This document shows positions 39,751 through 52,520 of a stretch of 64,000 nt of DNA, one piece after another. The notes beneath the pieces are model-generated. The model was not told the DNA's origin, did no database searches, and worked only from the letters and a program-made list of their open reading frames with translations. The DNA comes from the human T2T-CHM13v2.0 reference genome, Homo sapiens, in assembly GCF_009914755.1 (NCBI RefSeq), contig NC_060947.1; one strand, written 5' to 3'. Made by a program: the position numbers and the translations under genes. Within the stretch, counting starts at the first letter, position 1. Every line of letters begins with the position of its first letter.

Positions 39751-40593
39751 AGGACATGCAGGCAGTGTGAATCCCCTGGATAAACTTGAGGTTGCAAAGG
39801 ATGGGATTTGGAGAAATGAGGGTTTGTAGAAAATGCTCAAAAATATGCTTACATGAAGTCTGCAATGCTCAGTACCCACAGGGTGGTAAACTTGCCTTCT
39901 AAGTTAAAGGAATAATTTGAACACAGAGTGACCATTTCTTCCTATGTCACTGTGCCCTCCTACTAGAATATCCACATTAACTGAGGATGAATACCAGCCA
40001 TATGGCAGCTTGCCATGATCATTTAAGGATAGAGCTGCCTTGTTACTCTATGCCTAACTGGGAATCCCCAGACATCTTTAAGAACTGAGATAGGCCAGGG
40101 AGGTTTGGGAGGAAACTGTAACTGTGGGTGCCATCTTCAACCATAAAGTTTATAAATGCATGATTCTGTATCTCTGTACATGATGGAGATAACCCAGAAG
40201 TTCAATAAAGAGACCCATCTATTTTGGGGACACCCTTTTTGCCTCACCAACCCTGGATCTGGAATGAACAAGGGTAGCTCAGATTACCTGGCTTGGACAT
40301 GAAATGTCTGTTGTGTTATAATGCAAAAAGTTGCTGCCAGTCTAACCAGGAGTGGGAGGCTTCCCTAACTTCTTGCAGAACTCACAGACAGTAGTATTCT
40401 AAAATTCTTGAAACAGTTACACCCCCTCTGCTGTGAACAGCAAGCTGCTTTATTCTCTAAGAAACTTGCATATCTTCCTAACCACCCCCAACACTAAGCA
40501 GTGCCCTATCACTGACATTCAGAGTCAGTTCACTTCAAAACACAAATGAATAGGGCATAAGAGTCCACATCAATTAGAAGATACCCAAATTAA

Positions 40594-40911
40594 GGCCAGG
40601 CATGGTGGCCCATGTCTGTAATCTCAGCACTTTGGGAAGTCAAGGAGGGAGGAATGTTCAAGCCCAGGAGTTCGAGACCAGCATGGGCAACAGATCAAGA
40701 CTGTCTCTTAAAAAAATAAAAATAAAAAGTAGCCTGACATGGTGGCATACCCCTGTATTCCAGCACTTTGGGAGGCCAAGAGAGGAGGACTGCTTGAGCC
40801 TAGGAGGCCAAGGCTGCAGTGTGCTATGATGGTGTCACTGTGCTTCAACCTGGGCAAAAGAACCAGAAGACTCTGTCTCAAAAAAAAAAAAAAAAAAAAA
40901 AAGAAGAAGAA
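40594..40911 (+). mobile_element. Alu (AluJ-like)
   Basis: ggccaggcatggtgg...cccaggagttcgagaccagc, long poly(A). Confidence 0.9.
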
Positions 40912-41029
40912 ATTGAAATTAATGAACTACTTTAACCTTGGAAACCTCTCTGGTCTGAAAGAAGAAATCAGCCAAAAGAAAAATACTATTTGAGTTCTAT
41001 TTTGTCATTACTTTTGACAAGATAATAGC

Positions 41030-41250
41030 AAATAGCATGGAAAGAACCATCTGTTTGGAGCTAGAAGACAGAATTTAGATCCCTAATTTTATCAAATAAT
41101 GGCTAAGAAATCCTGACAAGTTATGAAACCATGCTTTGTCGTGTAAACTATGAAGTTAATAATAGTACTTTCATCACAGAACTGTTGTGGAGGATAAAAT
41201 GAAAGAAAAAGGTAGAACACATACCCAGTGCTGTAAAGCCTTTGAAAGTA
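41030..41250 (+). mobile_element. MIR
   Basis: tggagctagaagacag...ctgacaagtta...gtaaactatg...ataatagtactttcatcacagaactgttgtggaggataaaatga. Confidence 0.65.
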
Positions 41251-41880
41251 GTGTCTAATAAAACAAAATAATAAGTAACACTAATAACAATTAAGAAAAG
41301 TATACCTACATTTATCTTGTTGTAGTGTAACCACTGGGGATCTCTTTTGACCATCCAATATGCAAGAGTCACAATAAGTAATGATAAATACCAAGAAGAG
41401 AGAAAAATGGGAGCTCATAAAAAGTGTGGAGGTTCTGCAAGTAGACAAGTATAGCAGTAAAGGCTTTATAGGAAGAAAAGATGGATGGGACAGGTCAGTG
41501 AGTACCCCATACGAGAAACCATGCTCAAGAAGCACTGATAGTGAACTTACTAAAAACAACACTAAAACAGATGCATGGTGTGATTCAAACTCCCAGAATA
41601 AAATAAAATGGCATATGCTTCTGAAAAGAAAAGTGACATATGATTCATTTTGTGAAAGGTCCCGGCATAAGAAAGTAGGCTGACTGAATGCCTTGTTGGT
41701 CAGCCTGGCGGGATCACATTTGGAAGCGAACTTGGCGCAGTGAAAAGGTATTTCACATTAAAATCCAACAGCATACACATAAATACATGATTTCACAGCC
41801 ATGGCGCTTGTCTGGAATCAGGAAACAAGGATTCCCAGGAAAGCCAGGAGGTGCTCTGTTGTTTTTAACATAGAAGATTC

Positions 41881-42099
41881 TAAGGATAATGGCCTCCAGC
41901 TCAGAAAACCAAATACTGCGTGTCCTCTCTTATAAACGGAAGCTAAAGTATGAGAACACATGCACACATAGAGGGGAACAACACACACTGGGGCCTACTT
42001 GAGGGTGAAGGGTGGGGGTAGGGAGAGGATCAAAAAAATAACTAATGCGTACTTGGCTCAATACCTGGATGATGAAATAATCTGTACAAAACCCCATGA
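41881..42099 (+). mobile_element. L1PA fragment with short 5' inversion and no poly(A)
   Basis: Antisense taaggataatggcctccagctc is joined to sense agaaaaccaaatactgc...gaaataatctgtacaaaaccccatga. Confidence 0.82.
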
Positions 42100-42296
42100 T
42101 TCTAGGAAGCCACTTGCATGATATTCGCCTCTTTGCTCCAAGCTGAGGTTTCACAAGCACATGGGCAGAATATTCCTCATGACTTCCATAGAACCAAGGG
42201 TTTATTTCTTCCAATGATCATTTAAAACAATCTATCACAGCCATATGGAAAAAGAGGCTTCAAGCTATACTTTGTGCTCATCAGTATTACTCTATA

Positions 42297-42520
42297 CCTG
42301 GGTTGCTCAATCTCATCGATATTGACACATGTAGATGAAAGACTCTTTGTCATGGGGGGCTGTTCTGTGCCTTGTGGGTCCCTTAAAAGCATCCCTGGCC
42401 TCTGTCCTCTAGATGCAAGTGATACCCACCCCCATGATCTAGCTGTGGCAACCAAAATTTTTTCCAGACGTCGACAAATGTCTCCTGAAGTAAAAAGCTC
42501 GTGTCTTTGCAAAAACGTCC
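42297..42520 (+). mobile_element. MER20 (hAT-Charlie) DNA transposon
   Basis: attgacac...ggggggctgttctgtgc...agcatccctggcctct...ctagatgc...aaccaaaa...ccagac...aaatgtctcctg. Confidence 0.78.
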
Positions 42521-42908
42521 ATACTTGAGGACGGAAAACAATTAAGACACCTATGTATCTATTACACTTCTTTTAACTGATTTTTCCAAAATTTACTTAT
42601 CATTTATTGTCCATATTGGATACCATTACACAACTCAAAAAATATTTTGTACAGTCTCTGTACAAATCCTAAAGGAAAAATAAGAGAATATGGCACCATT
42701 TTATGTAGAGAATCAAATTAGTATGTGGAGCTCCTATAGTTTATTTAAAAATCAAGTAGAACACATAGGAAACAGAGAGGGGGCTAAGACACACACACAG
42801 AGCTATCATTAACAAATAGTCTAAATAGTCATAACTTGAATTTTAGGAGTGTTTCTCTGAGGTGAAACTCAGAAAGACCGCCCATAAATGTAGTGGATAC
42901 TGGCATTC

Positions 42909-43573
42909 TTTAAAACTTTTATTTTAGGTTCAGGGGTGCATGTGCAGGTTTGTTATGCAGGTAAACTAGTGTCATGGGGGTTTGTTGTACAGATTATTTC
43001 ATGACCCAGGTACTAAGCCAAGTACTCAATAGTTATTTTTCCTGATCCTCTCCCTCTCCTACCCTCCACCCTCCAGCAGGCCCCAGTGTCTGTTGTTCCC
43101 TACTATGTGATCATGTGTTCTCATCTTTAGCTCCCACTTATAAGTGAGAACATGCAGTATTTGATTCTCTGTTACCGACATAGTTGGTTAAGCATAATGG
43201 CCTCCAGCTCTATTCATGTTCCTGCAAAAGACATGATCTTGCTCTTTTTTATGGCTGCATAGTTTTCCATTCTGTATATGTACCACATTTTCTTTATCCA
43301 GTCTACCACTGAGGGACATTTAAGTTGACTCTGTGTCTTTGCTATTGTGAATAGTGCTACAATGAACATATGTGCGCATGTGTCTTTATGATGGAACAAC
43401 TTATAATCCTTTGAGTATATACCCAGTAATGGATGGGATTGCTGGGTCTAATGGTAGTTCTGCTTTTAGCTTTTTACGGAATGGCCACACTGCTTTCCAC
43501 AATGGCTGAACCAATTTACACTTCCACCAATAGTGTATAAGGATTCCCTTTTCTCCACAACCTTGCCAGCATT
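42909..43573 (-). mobile_element. L1PA (old primate) 3' end
   Basis: aacttttattttaggttcaggggtgcatgtgcaggtttg...gctcccacttataagtgagaacatgc...ccttgccagcat; TSD gatactggcatt/gatacaggcatt. Confidence 0.92.
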
Positions 43574-43577
43574 GATA

Positions 43578-43808
43578 CAGGCATTTTGTTTAGGATTAAA
43601 GATTCATAGGGATGAAGGAACGTTTGCACAAGTGTTTTCAAGTCTGCAGTTCAAAATGCACGCAAGGTCAGGAAATTTGGGGGGAAAGTGGAGTCAGGTA
43701 TTTTGTTTAGAATTCGTTAAAAATTCACAGGGATAAAGGAATTTGTCCAAGGCGTTCAAAGTCTGAGGCACAAAATGCATACAAGTTCATGAAATTTTGA
43801 GGAAAAAA
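43578..43808. repeat. Diverged ~117-bp tandem duplication (2 copies)
   Basis: caggcattttgtttaggatt...aagtctg...caaaatgcacgcaaggtcaggaaattt versus caggtattttgtttagaatt...aagtctg...caaaatgcatacaagttcatgaaattt. Confidence 0.8.
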
Positions 43809-44947
43809 ATATATTCTGAAATTCTCCAGAGAATCAAAAGTAGCTTCAAGTGATTTAGAGCCTGGGGATAAGTTGATATTGGTAACAGAGGATCTGTGCC
43901 TTATACAAGGAAATAAGATATATTACGTGGATGTAAAGACATTTCTGATGGAGCTGTCATTTTCCCGACATGGCTGGCATTTCTGTGAGATGTATATTAT
44001 GCACACATGGGTGTATGTGTATGTTTGTGGGTACAAAATTTCAAATATCAAAGTAATAGATATTTAGAAAAAAAATTCTGAAAGAAGGCATAGATGCCCT
44101 TTTTAAATGTATGTCTCATCCTTAAAATGCAGGCATTTGCAGAATAGCATGAGCACAAAAATGGAAATATGTGTATTTAAGTAGGAAATGATATAAATAT
44201 ATACGGAACCTAAATATATGTTAGGCAGATAGAGACTGAAAAGAATTTAAAGGGTCATTGCCAACTTTCCAAAAAACGTTCAAGAGTAGGTGGGAATGTA
44301 TTGAACCAAAGAATGGAAAGACATAGTAACAGAAAAAAAAGAAAAACTAGTTAAAATTTCACTTTTAAAGGAAAGACATATACAAACTGTGTGTTTTATA
44401 ATTTGTTCTTTCCTGTGGGAATATATGCTGCAAAATTTATACTGTAAAAATAGATTTAATATGACCCAAACAATAGAAAAGTCATGGGATACAATAGAAA
44501 ATAAAATGGTGTTCACAATTTACATTTAAGTGTAACCAAAAGAAATTTTAAAAGAATATATTTCTGTAATTATATCCTTGACCTTTTGCTATCCAATGGA
44601 AATTATACTATAGTAAGATTATAAATAACATACGCCAGTGAACTTTATGTTAAGTATTATGCTTATTAGGAACTACTCATGACAAATGTGTTCTTTGAGA
44701 TGCCATCTTTCTATTTTAAAGGACAAAATCCAGTTTGCTTGCAGTTGCACAGTGCTAAAAGTTACTTCTCGTCCTGTAAGGCTGTGAGTGAGTCATTCAA
44801 AGAGTTCTCTTTGTCCATTCCATTTCCCCAGCCTCCAATTTTCTTCCCTTGTTCTTCAAGCCTTTAGTCTTGCCCTATGGAGGGTCCAACACCAACACCA
44901 TGTACTTTAGGTTTCTGTTGAAACAGAACCTCACTTCCAGTTTCAGT

Positions 44948-45466
44948 GCCTGCTCTGGTTAGCTAATGTTGTGTAACAAACATGCCCATAATGTGGGGCT
45001 TCAAACAACCTTTTATGAGGATCTCCCATGATTCTGTGAGCTGACTGGGCTTAGCTGAGAAGTTCTCTCTTGAGATCTCCTTAGTCAGCTAAGGGATAGG
45101 AAGAGACAGGAGTCCTCAATCAGCTGGGATGTCCACAATGGGTGACTCACATGGCGGTACTAATGGTTGTCAACCGGGAGTGAAGCTAAAGCTACTGACT
45201 GGAGCACCATGCATAGCCTCTCCATGGGGCTTGAACACTTTGCAACATGAGATGTGGTTTCCAAGAGAGAATGCCCTGAGGGTCAGTACTCCAAGTGCCC
45301 TAAATGGAAGCTTAATAGCTTCTTATGATCCAGCCCTGGAAGTCCCAGTGCTTTACTCCCAGAACATTCTATTCAAGAAGACAGTCACTGAGGCCAGCAC
45401 AAGATGCAAAGACAAAGGGTTCAACTCAATTTGCAAGAGCATCTGCATCCATTTCTATCTATCACA
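44948..45466 (-). mobile_element. Old MLT1 (H/J-like) LTR
   Basis: tgtgtaacaaac...catgattctgtgagctgactgggcttagctg...cttatgatccagccctggaagtc...aggccagc...tatcaca. Confidence 0.7.
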
Positions 45467-46409
45467 CCCTTTATCTTAAACCTGATTGATCAGGTGTAAT
45501 GATTCCAATAGATATGGAAGAGCACACTACACTAAAAGTAGTATCCTACATAGAGGGGAAGTTGCCTCTTGACTCAGAAAAACAGACTGCTGTGATCAGT
45601 TGGTGATGCCTTCCAGGGATAAAGACGACTGTCTTATCCACTGAAGACACTTATTCTCAACTGTTCCCTTCACATACAGGGAATTTGAGAGGCTCAGTAC
45701 AAATAAATGACTGACCCTCAAACTGCCCCAAATCATACATCAGACATCAAATCGCACATACAGTGTTGATTCAGAATCAAGTTATCATTTGTGTTCAAAC
45801 ATTACATAAGGCCTCAATTTCAACCATGTTACTGTTGAAATATTATAGATTAATTTCTACAGAAGTAATAAGAATATAGATGAAAACTCGCATTATTTAA
45901 ACATTTTAAAAATGATACATGACAACCACGTGAGCCCTCAGTTACACTTGCAGGTGCAATTGTTCACACATTAATTCAATTCAATCGATGGAGTGCTTTA
46001 TATGCTGTGTTTTATGTCCTCAATGAGGTTTGATGGATTGGTGCATGTGGAAAAAGGGAGGCATAGTGTATGCTGTCATGAAACTTACAACCAACAGCCT
46101 ACGACAGATATACACCACCCAGTAAATGCTGAGTACAAGTACAGAGTGCCTGGAGTGACTGCATTAGACTAGAAAACCTGGAATGTAGCAAATGAAGGGA
46201 AGATGGCATGACAAGAGGGAAAAACGGCTTAGCAAATCAGACGGGTTTGGGACCTGAAGGCCATGTGTAGGAATGACCTACTATAATACGGTGATCAGTT
46301 GTTCTCCCTGAAAGGCAATAATCAATGCCCGGAAATCAATTAGAACACAGTTGCCCAGGAGTAAGTGAGAGACAATGGTTGATCATGGCAGGAAGAATGC
46401 ATTTTCTAG

Positions 46410-46717
46410 CACTGTGTTTTCCAAAATGCTAGCCAATAACCACATGTGGCTATTGAGCACATAAAATGTGGCTTGTTCAAACCGAGATGTGTTGTAAGTG
46501 TAAAATGTACTCTGAATATCAAATATGTAGTAAAAAATATGCAAACTATATTTTGTCTCTATTGTCTGCTGACTTAGTACTTTATAAATATTGGGATACA
46601 TTAAATGTATTTTTAAAATTGGTATCAATGGTTTCTTCGGGCACTCTTGAATGCAACTACTAGAAAACTTAAAATTACACATGTAGTGCACATTACCTGT
46701 CTATGGGATGTGGCTGC
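46410..46717 (+). mobile_element. MER33/MER3-like hAT-Charlie element
   Basis: ccacatgtggctattgagcac...aaatgtggct...ctactagaaaacttaaaattacacatgt. Confidence 0.75.
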
Positions 46718-47754
46718 ACTGGAGGAAATTTGTGGCTCTTAGGTATTTTGATTTGTTATGGTTTTCTGTGGTTTCCTCACATAAATAACCAAATTCAACA
46801 GGTTAATATGTGTCATATAATAGTGGGCAGTTTCCAGAAACTTTCTGTACAAGGAGATGAAAGTGTATAACCATAAGGACTCTAAATGTTACTTAAACAC
46901 CACGTCAGTGGGAACCCCAAGCCCTGATGTAGCAGTCATGGAAGACGTTCAGCAGAGAACAGAGGCACAAGTTCTAGTGTTCAATCACTGTGACCTTGAA
47001 ACTCCTTGCCTCACTGTGACCTTGAAACTCCTTACCACAGCATGAACTATGGAAGCGGCTGGAATATATTCCCAGCTGCCTTCACTCTTGCAAAACCCTT
47101 CTGTCATTCTCAGGAAGTAGGACGGAGAAGAAACATCCCCACCACAACATGATTATAAGAAGGGTCATATGGTTGTGGTTCCTTTATTGCTTTTCTCTTG
47201 AACTGCTGTGGCTACGAATCAGAATAAACTTGTTCTGAGAACAATAATCATCTTCAATAATTAACATTCACCTACATCCAAAATCATGTCTGTTTCTTTC
47301 TTGACAATGAAACTTACAATGATTCCCATGGTTTTTAATGAATTTATTCTTTTACAGAAGACATTATCTTACTTCACAGGAGTACTACCTGCCTCAAATT
47401 CTCAGGCACAAGAAATGTCATATTTATTTATGGCTCCATAAAATAAGAACTTTCTTCCAGTCCAGGAACACATTGGGATCTAGTCTTCTGTCTTTTCTTT
47501 TTCTACTGCAGAAATCCATAGCGGCCCTTTGAGCCATTTTTCTGACATTTGAGCAATTTGACAATTGGTCAGATGAACTAAAAAGAATAAAAATATAAGG
47601 CAATCTGTCTGTCATAACTGTGTGTAGAAGAGCATCGAACCTGGAGGAAGTAAGCCTTCTCTTTCCTGCTCTCTCTGCTGGGAGGACGGGGGGTTGGGGA
47701 GCAGTATATGATTCAGGGTGTTTGTGGACATCTCCATTCCTTCCCAACATGCCC

Positions 47755-48085
47755 TATCTTACCTCTTTTGGCTGCTAAAACAAAAGACTGCAGACCCCAC
47801 GGCTTGTAAAAAAAATTGCTCACAGTTCTGGAGACCGGAAGTCCAAGATCAAGGCATGGCAGATTCAGTGGCTGGTGAGGACCCACTTTCTGGGTCATAG
47901 ACAGCGCCTTCTTGCTGTGTCCTCACATGATAAAAGGGACGAGGGTGCCCTCTGGGGTCCCTTTTATAATGGTAGGAATTCCACTCATGAGGCTCCACTC
48001 TCCAAATACCTTCCAAAGCCCCACTTCCAAATACCTACACAGTTGAGGAGTAGGTTTCAACTATGATTTCTAGGGGGACAACTAC
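47755..48085 (-). mobile_element. MLT1A-like MaLR LTR
   Basis: ctcacagttctggag...gaagtccaagatcaagg...cttcttgctgtgtcctcacatg...tccaaatacc...ggtttcaac. Confidence 0.8.
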
Positions 48086-48889
48086 CGCAAATGCTGCAGG
48101 ATAAGGATCTGGAAATATTGCCAGAGCAAGTAGTATGAAGCCTTGGAGATATCATCTGCATTCAGCAATATTTCATTTCCCTCCAGAGTGGGAAAAAAGT
48201 TGGTCTTAAATGCTTTTTCAAAGATGAAACTCTTTTCCAAAAATAGAGGCAGTGGAGATTCGAGGGAAAATGCAGAATGGCCATTTTTTAGAAACATTAG
48301 GAATAGCAACTCCACTTTTGTGGGGCCTAGGATGCAATGGTATAATTGGCAAGAGGAGTCTGGTGAAGTGGTGAGGCTATATACTGATTGGAGTGAATTT
48401 AAGAAAGGATAGGTGGAGAGGAGTTGAGATGTGATCGGTGAGGACTCTTGGAAGACGAGGAGATGGTTGCCAGAGAAACAAAAACATGCAGCCACATCAG
48501 GCAGAGAAAGTGAAGGTCAGGCACGTATTTCCAAACGGGATAAACAAAAGAATGTGGATGTGATGTTAGGTGCGCCCAGTGGATATAAACTACAAAAGAT
48601 GTAGATGTTGGGAACAACGTTCTTGAGTAGGTGTGAGAAGGATGGGGTTTCTTACGTAAGACCCTCTATGGCTGCTTCTCATTTCCTGTATCTATTGCCT
48701 ATTTTTATATGAGGCTGTGGCTGTGAATAGGTCTCGGTGAGTGGGTGTGCATTTATAACATACACACCAGATGACGAATTAGACTTTAGTGTTAGTTATT
48801 CGAATTCCAATTTTTCTAAAAATAATAAGTGGTACTAATGTATATCAAAGTTCTCTGCTAAATTTGTTCACCAATATAGGTTAAATTTA

Positions 48890-49045
48890 TTAAATTGATC
48901 TATTTTAAGGAATTGGCTCATGCAATGTGGGAGCTGGCAAGTCTGGAATCTGTAAGACAGGCTGGCTGGCTGGCTGGCAACTCAGGAGGGAGGAAATGCA
49001 GACTAGAGGCCGAATGCCTTCTTCTGCTTTGGGGGCCCTCAGGTT
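48890..49045 (-). mobile_element. MLT2 (ERVL) LTR fragment
   Basis: tattttaaggaattggctcatgcaatgtgggagctggcaagtctggaatctgtaagacaggctggc. Confidence 0.65.
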
Positions 49046-49319
49046 TTGCATGCCCCGCAGTAAAATTGTACATGTCCCGCACCTTATATTTTAATTTGCA
49101 ATGCTCTGATATTAAACTGAAAATCTGATGAGCATCAATGTAACTTTCTCTGCTTATACATTAACAGAGAAACAGACAGCAACCTCAGTGTATTCATATA
49201 GGTAACACAAGGTCCCTGGTCAGGCTGGTGATATTTAGAGAGATCTTTGCAGTATCTCGTTCACTATCCAAAATCTTTGAAAGCCCAGATATTGGGAAAC
49301 TCCATCAAAAATTCCTATC

Positions 49320-49614
49320 AGCCGGGCACAGGTTCACACCTGTAATCGTTGCACTGTGGGAGGACAAGGCAGGGGGATCATTTGAGCTCGGGAGTTTGAG
49401 ACCAGCCTGGGCAACACAGTGAGACCTAATCTACACAAAATTAAAAAAATAATAATTAGCCAGCTGTGGTAGCATGTGCCTGTGGCCTCAGCTACTCAGG
49501 AGGCTGAGGTGGGAGGATTGCTTGAGCCCAGGAGATTGAGGCGGCAGTGAGCTATCATCACAAAACTGCACTCCAGCCTGGGTAACAAAGCAAGACCCTG
49601 CCTCGAAAAAAAAA
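49320..49614 (+). mobile_element. Alu (AluJ-like)
   Basis: gccgggcacag...gggaggattgcttgagcccaggag...gcaagaccctg, then A tail. Confidence 0.9.
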
Positions 49615-49855
49615 TCTACTATTTGATAGCACACCAGAGTGACTATAGTCAAAAATAATCTGTTGTATATTTTAAAATAACTAAAGAGTGGATTTGGAAT
49701 GTTCTTAACACAGAGAAGGGATAAATACTTGAGGTGATGAATGCCCCAATTACCCTAACTTGATTATTACACATTGTATGCCTGTAGGAAAACACTGCAT
49801 GTGCCCCATACATATATACATCTATTATGTATCCATAATAGTTAAAATTAAAGTG
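49615..49855 (+). mobile_element. L1MA-type 3' UTR fragment
   Basis: tatttgatagcac...gtgactatagtcaaaaataa...ttgaggtgatgaatgccccaattaccct...acacattgtatgcctgta. Confidence 0.8.
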
Positions 49856-50456
49856 AAAGACATCATTGTGTGTATTTGAAGAGAAACACTTGAGAATTCA
49901 AAATCAAGAGCCTTCTCTTTTAATTTAAAGGTACCATATTCTGATGCATTCGTGTTCGCCTGTAATATGCTCTTCTTTTTTCCTAGTTTTGAACTGCAAT
50001 ATGCATCGTGTTCATACAAGCAGCAAAAAGATGTTGGAATATTTGGCCTGGGTTTCACCACAGCATTATTGGCAATGATAGGAGATGCCCCACGGAAGCC
50101 CAAGGCAGGCTGCAGCCTTGAAGGCCTCTTTTTCCTTATGGATTGTGAATTTGAATGAAAGTGCAGAAGCTGCCTCTGCCAACAGACTAGCCCCATGGAG
50201 GGTCTCCTGGGGCTAAAGGCCATATGTGCTCAACCTAATAAAGTTATAATTTATGCCCGCCCTGTGAAACCCAGAGAAGAGACAGCACCAGCATTCTGCC
50301 AGGGATTCCAGGAGATGTGGACAGCTGTTGTCAAATTCTGAGCTCTATTTTCCCCTCAATTATCTGAGAAATTTAGGAGAAAAACAATCAAGTTTTGGAA
50401 GGTTGCAAGGCTTCTGGGGACTAGGCAAGGCTGGAGAGTCAGCACATACATAGTAC

Positions 50457-50762
50457 TTATTTATTTATTTAGAGACAGGGTCTTGTTCTGTCACCCAGGC
50501 TGGAGTGCAGTGGTGCAATCACAGCTCATTTCAGCCTCCAACTGCAGGACTCAATGATCCTCCAGCCTCAGCCTCTCAAGTAGCTGGGACTACAGGCAGG
50601 CACCAGCATGCTTGGCTAACTTTTTTTTTTTTTTTTTTTTTTTTAAGAGATGAGGTCTCACTATGTTGCCCAGGCTGGTCTCAAAGTCCTGGGCTCAAGT
50701 AATCCTCCTGCCTCGACCTCCCAAAAGTGCTGGGATTACAGGGATGAGCCACCACGCCAGCC
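50457..50762 (-). mobile_element. Alu (AluJ-like)
   Basis: gagacagggtcttg...long T linker...gtgctgggattacagggatgagccc. Confidence 0.9.
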
Positions 50763-50822
50763 TCATACATTGACACTTTGTAGCTAAATGGTTCACTAGC
50801 ATCATCCCTTGGTCCCTGGCAA

Positions 50823-50856
50823 TCTCTGTCTCTGTCTCTGTCTCTGTCTCTCTCTG

Positions 50857-50900
<44 letters not shown>
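50823..50900. repeat. (TCTCTG)n/(TC)n microsatellite
   Basis: Read directly. Confidence 0.92.
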
Positions 50901-50901
<1 letters not shown>

Positions 50902-52354
50902 TGCTCAATATTTCTCAGATGGTCAACTGGGAGTTAAACAAATTGCAAATATCTGGATCTTGCCCAGAATCTAGCACTTCCAGGGTCCTTGGGGGTAATT
51001 TATACTCTCCCACTCCCCACTCTTTTGAAATATCTGGCTTTTAAACTTTTAGTTTGACATTCACATGTTTCTATGACAGTAAGGCTCCAGCATTAAAGGA
51101 TGTTACCATAACTAGTATCTCTGAATTTCTGTCCACTGTTGATCACCATAGTTATTAGCTAGTCTCTGGGTGGGGCTTTATTTTAACCATGAAAATTCAG
51201 GACCAGAATGTAGCATGTAGATGCTCTTGAAATTGATGAAAGTGTTTATTAAGGTAAATCAGATACTTAAAAATATAAAATATTCCATTTTTTTAAAACT
51301 TGCAATGATATATCTGACTTCACAATATCGAAAGTAGTCCCTACTATTATCATTTTAGCATTTCTAAAATCCTTACCATCTGGTAACACCTCAGGGTTTA
51401 AGCCAAAAATATCCGGATGGTGGAACAGCAATACACTTAGTATCATGAGAGAGCCCTTTATTTCTTCATCAGTAAGTGATATAGAAATAGTTCACTGGCT
51501 TTAGCTGCAGTAGCTGACGTGTCAGGTAAGAAAATAAACATATCCATCACCAATGAGAATTCCAAACCCTGCTCTTTTACAGACAGATATTGAAAGCTTT
51601 CGTTTTATTTAAAACGTATCTGACCATAAAAAGAAATATATTCTTTAGAAAGTAAAGTTTCTTTTTTTCCTGAACCAGTAGAAAAGAATTATAATTTCCA
51701 CTCTCACAGGGAAGAAAAAAAATTCAGGGTCAGGTTTAATATCTCGAAAGAAACAAGGACCTCAGTAATGAGTCCATGGAAATGAAAACCAATTCCCAAT
51801 GCTGGAATCAAAGGAGGTTATGGAATAGTAATGTAACATAATACAAAGTGGCAAAATAATGACAGAAAAATAATCAGAACATTAACAAAATTTAAGAAGT
51901 ATTTTTTTTTCAGAAATGCATTGTATGACATTACCCCAGGAAAATGATAGGAAACTCTCATTCTCCATAAAAACCAGTATTAAAAATTTTAAAGTACTTC
52001 AGTATTTGTTAGATTAAAGGAAAAAAGGAGAAACAACCACACTAAAAAAAAAAAAAAAGACAAAATCCTGTATAAGACCACACCAACACACCACACAGAT
52101 CAACGAGATTCAAGAAATGCTGCTTGTGTAGTATATTTGTTTGGAAAGCAATGCAAGATATTCTTAAACAGTCAACACCATAAAAAGCATTCAGGAAAAA
52201 TGCAAGTAACTAATTACAACCATGTGTCTTCTAAATATTCCACCTGAGCTGTAGTGTCAATATGCACCCTTTCCTGATATCAGGAATATGAATACAAAGT
52301 CCTGCAAAACTGGAAATCAAACTGTAGAAAACAATATGACTAATGAAATTAAAT

Positions 52355-52520
52355 ATAGATAATATATATTTAATCTGTAATATATAATATGAAATATATA
52401 TATTTAATCTATATGTGTGTATATACACACATATATATAATATACACACATATATATAAATATATAATTTTGACTCTCAAGAAAAAAATGCATGTATATT
52501 TATATTTATATCTATATTTG
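52355..52520. repeat. TA-rich low-complexity repeat
   Basis: Read directly. Confidence 0.8.

Noticed and set aside
47752-47775. AG|GTAAGA on the minus strand as a recursive site
   Set aside because: No pyrimidine tract upstream (ccaaaagag), and it sits at an MLT1 edge.
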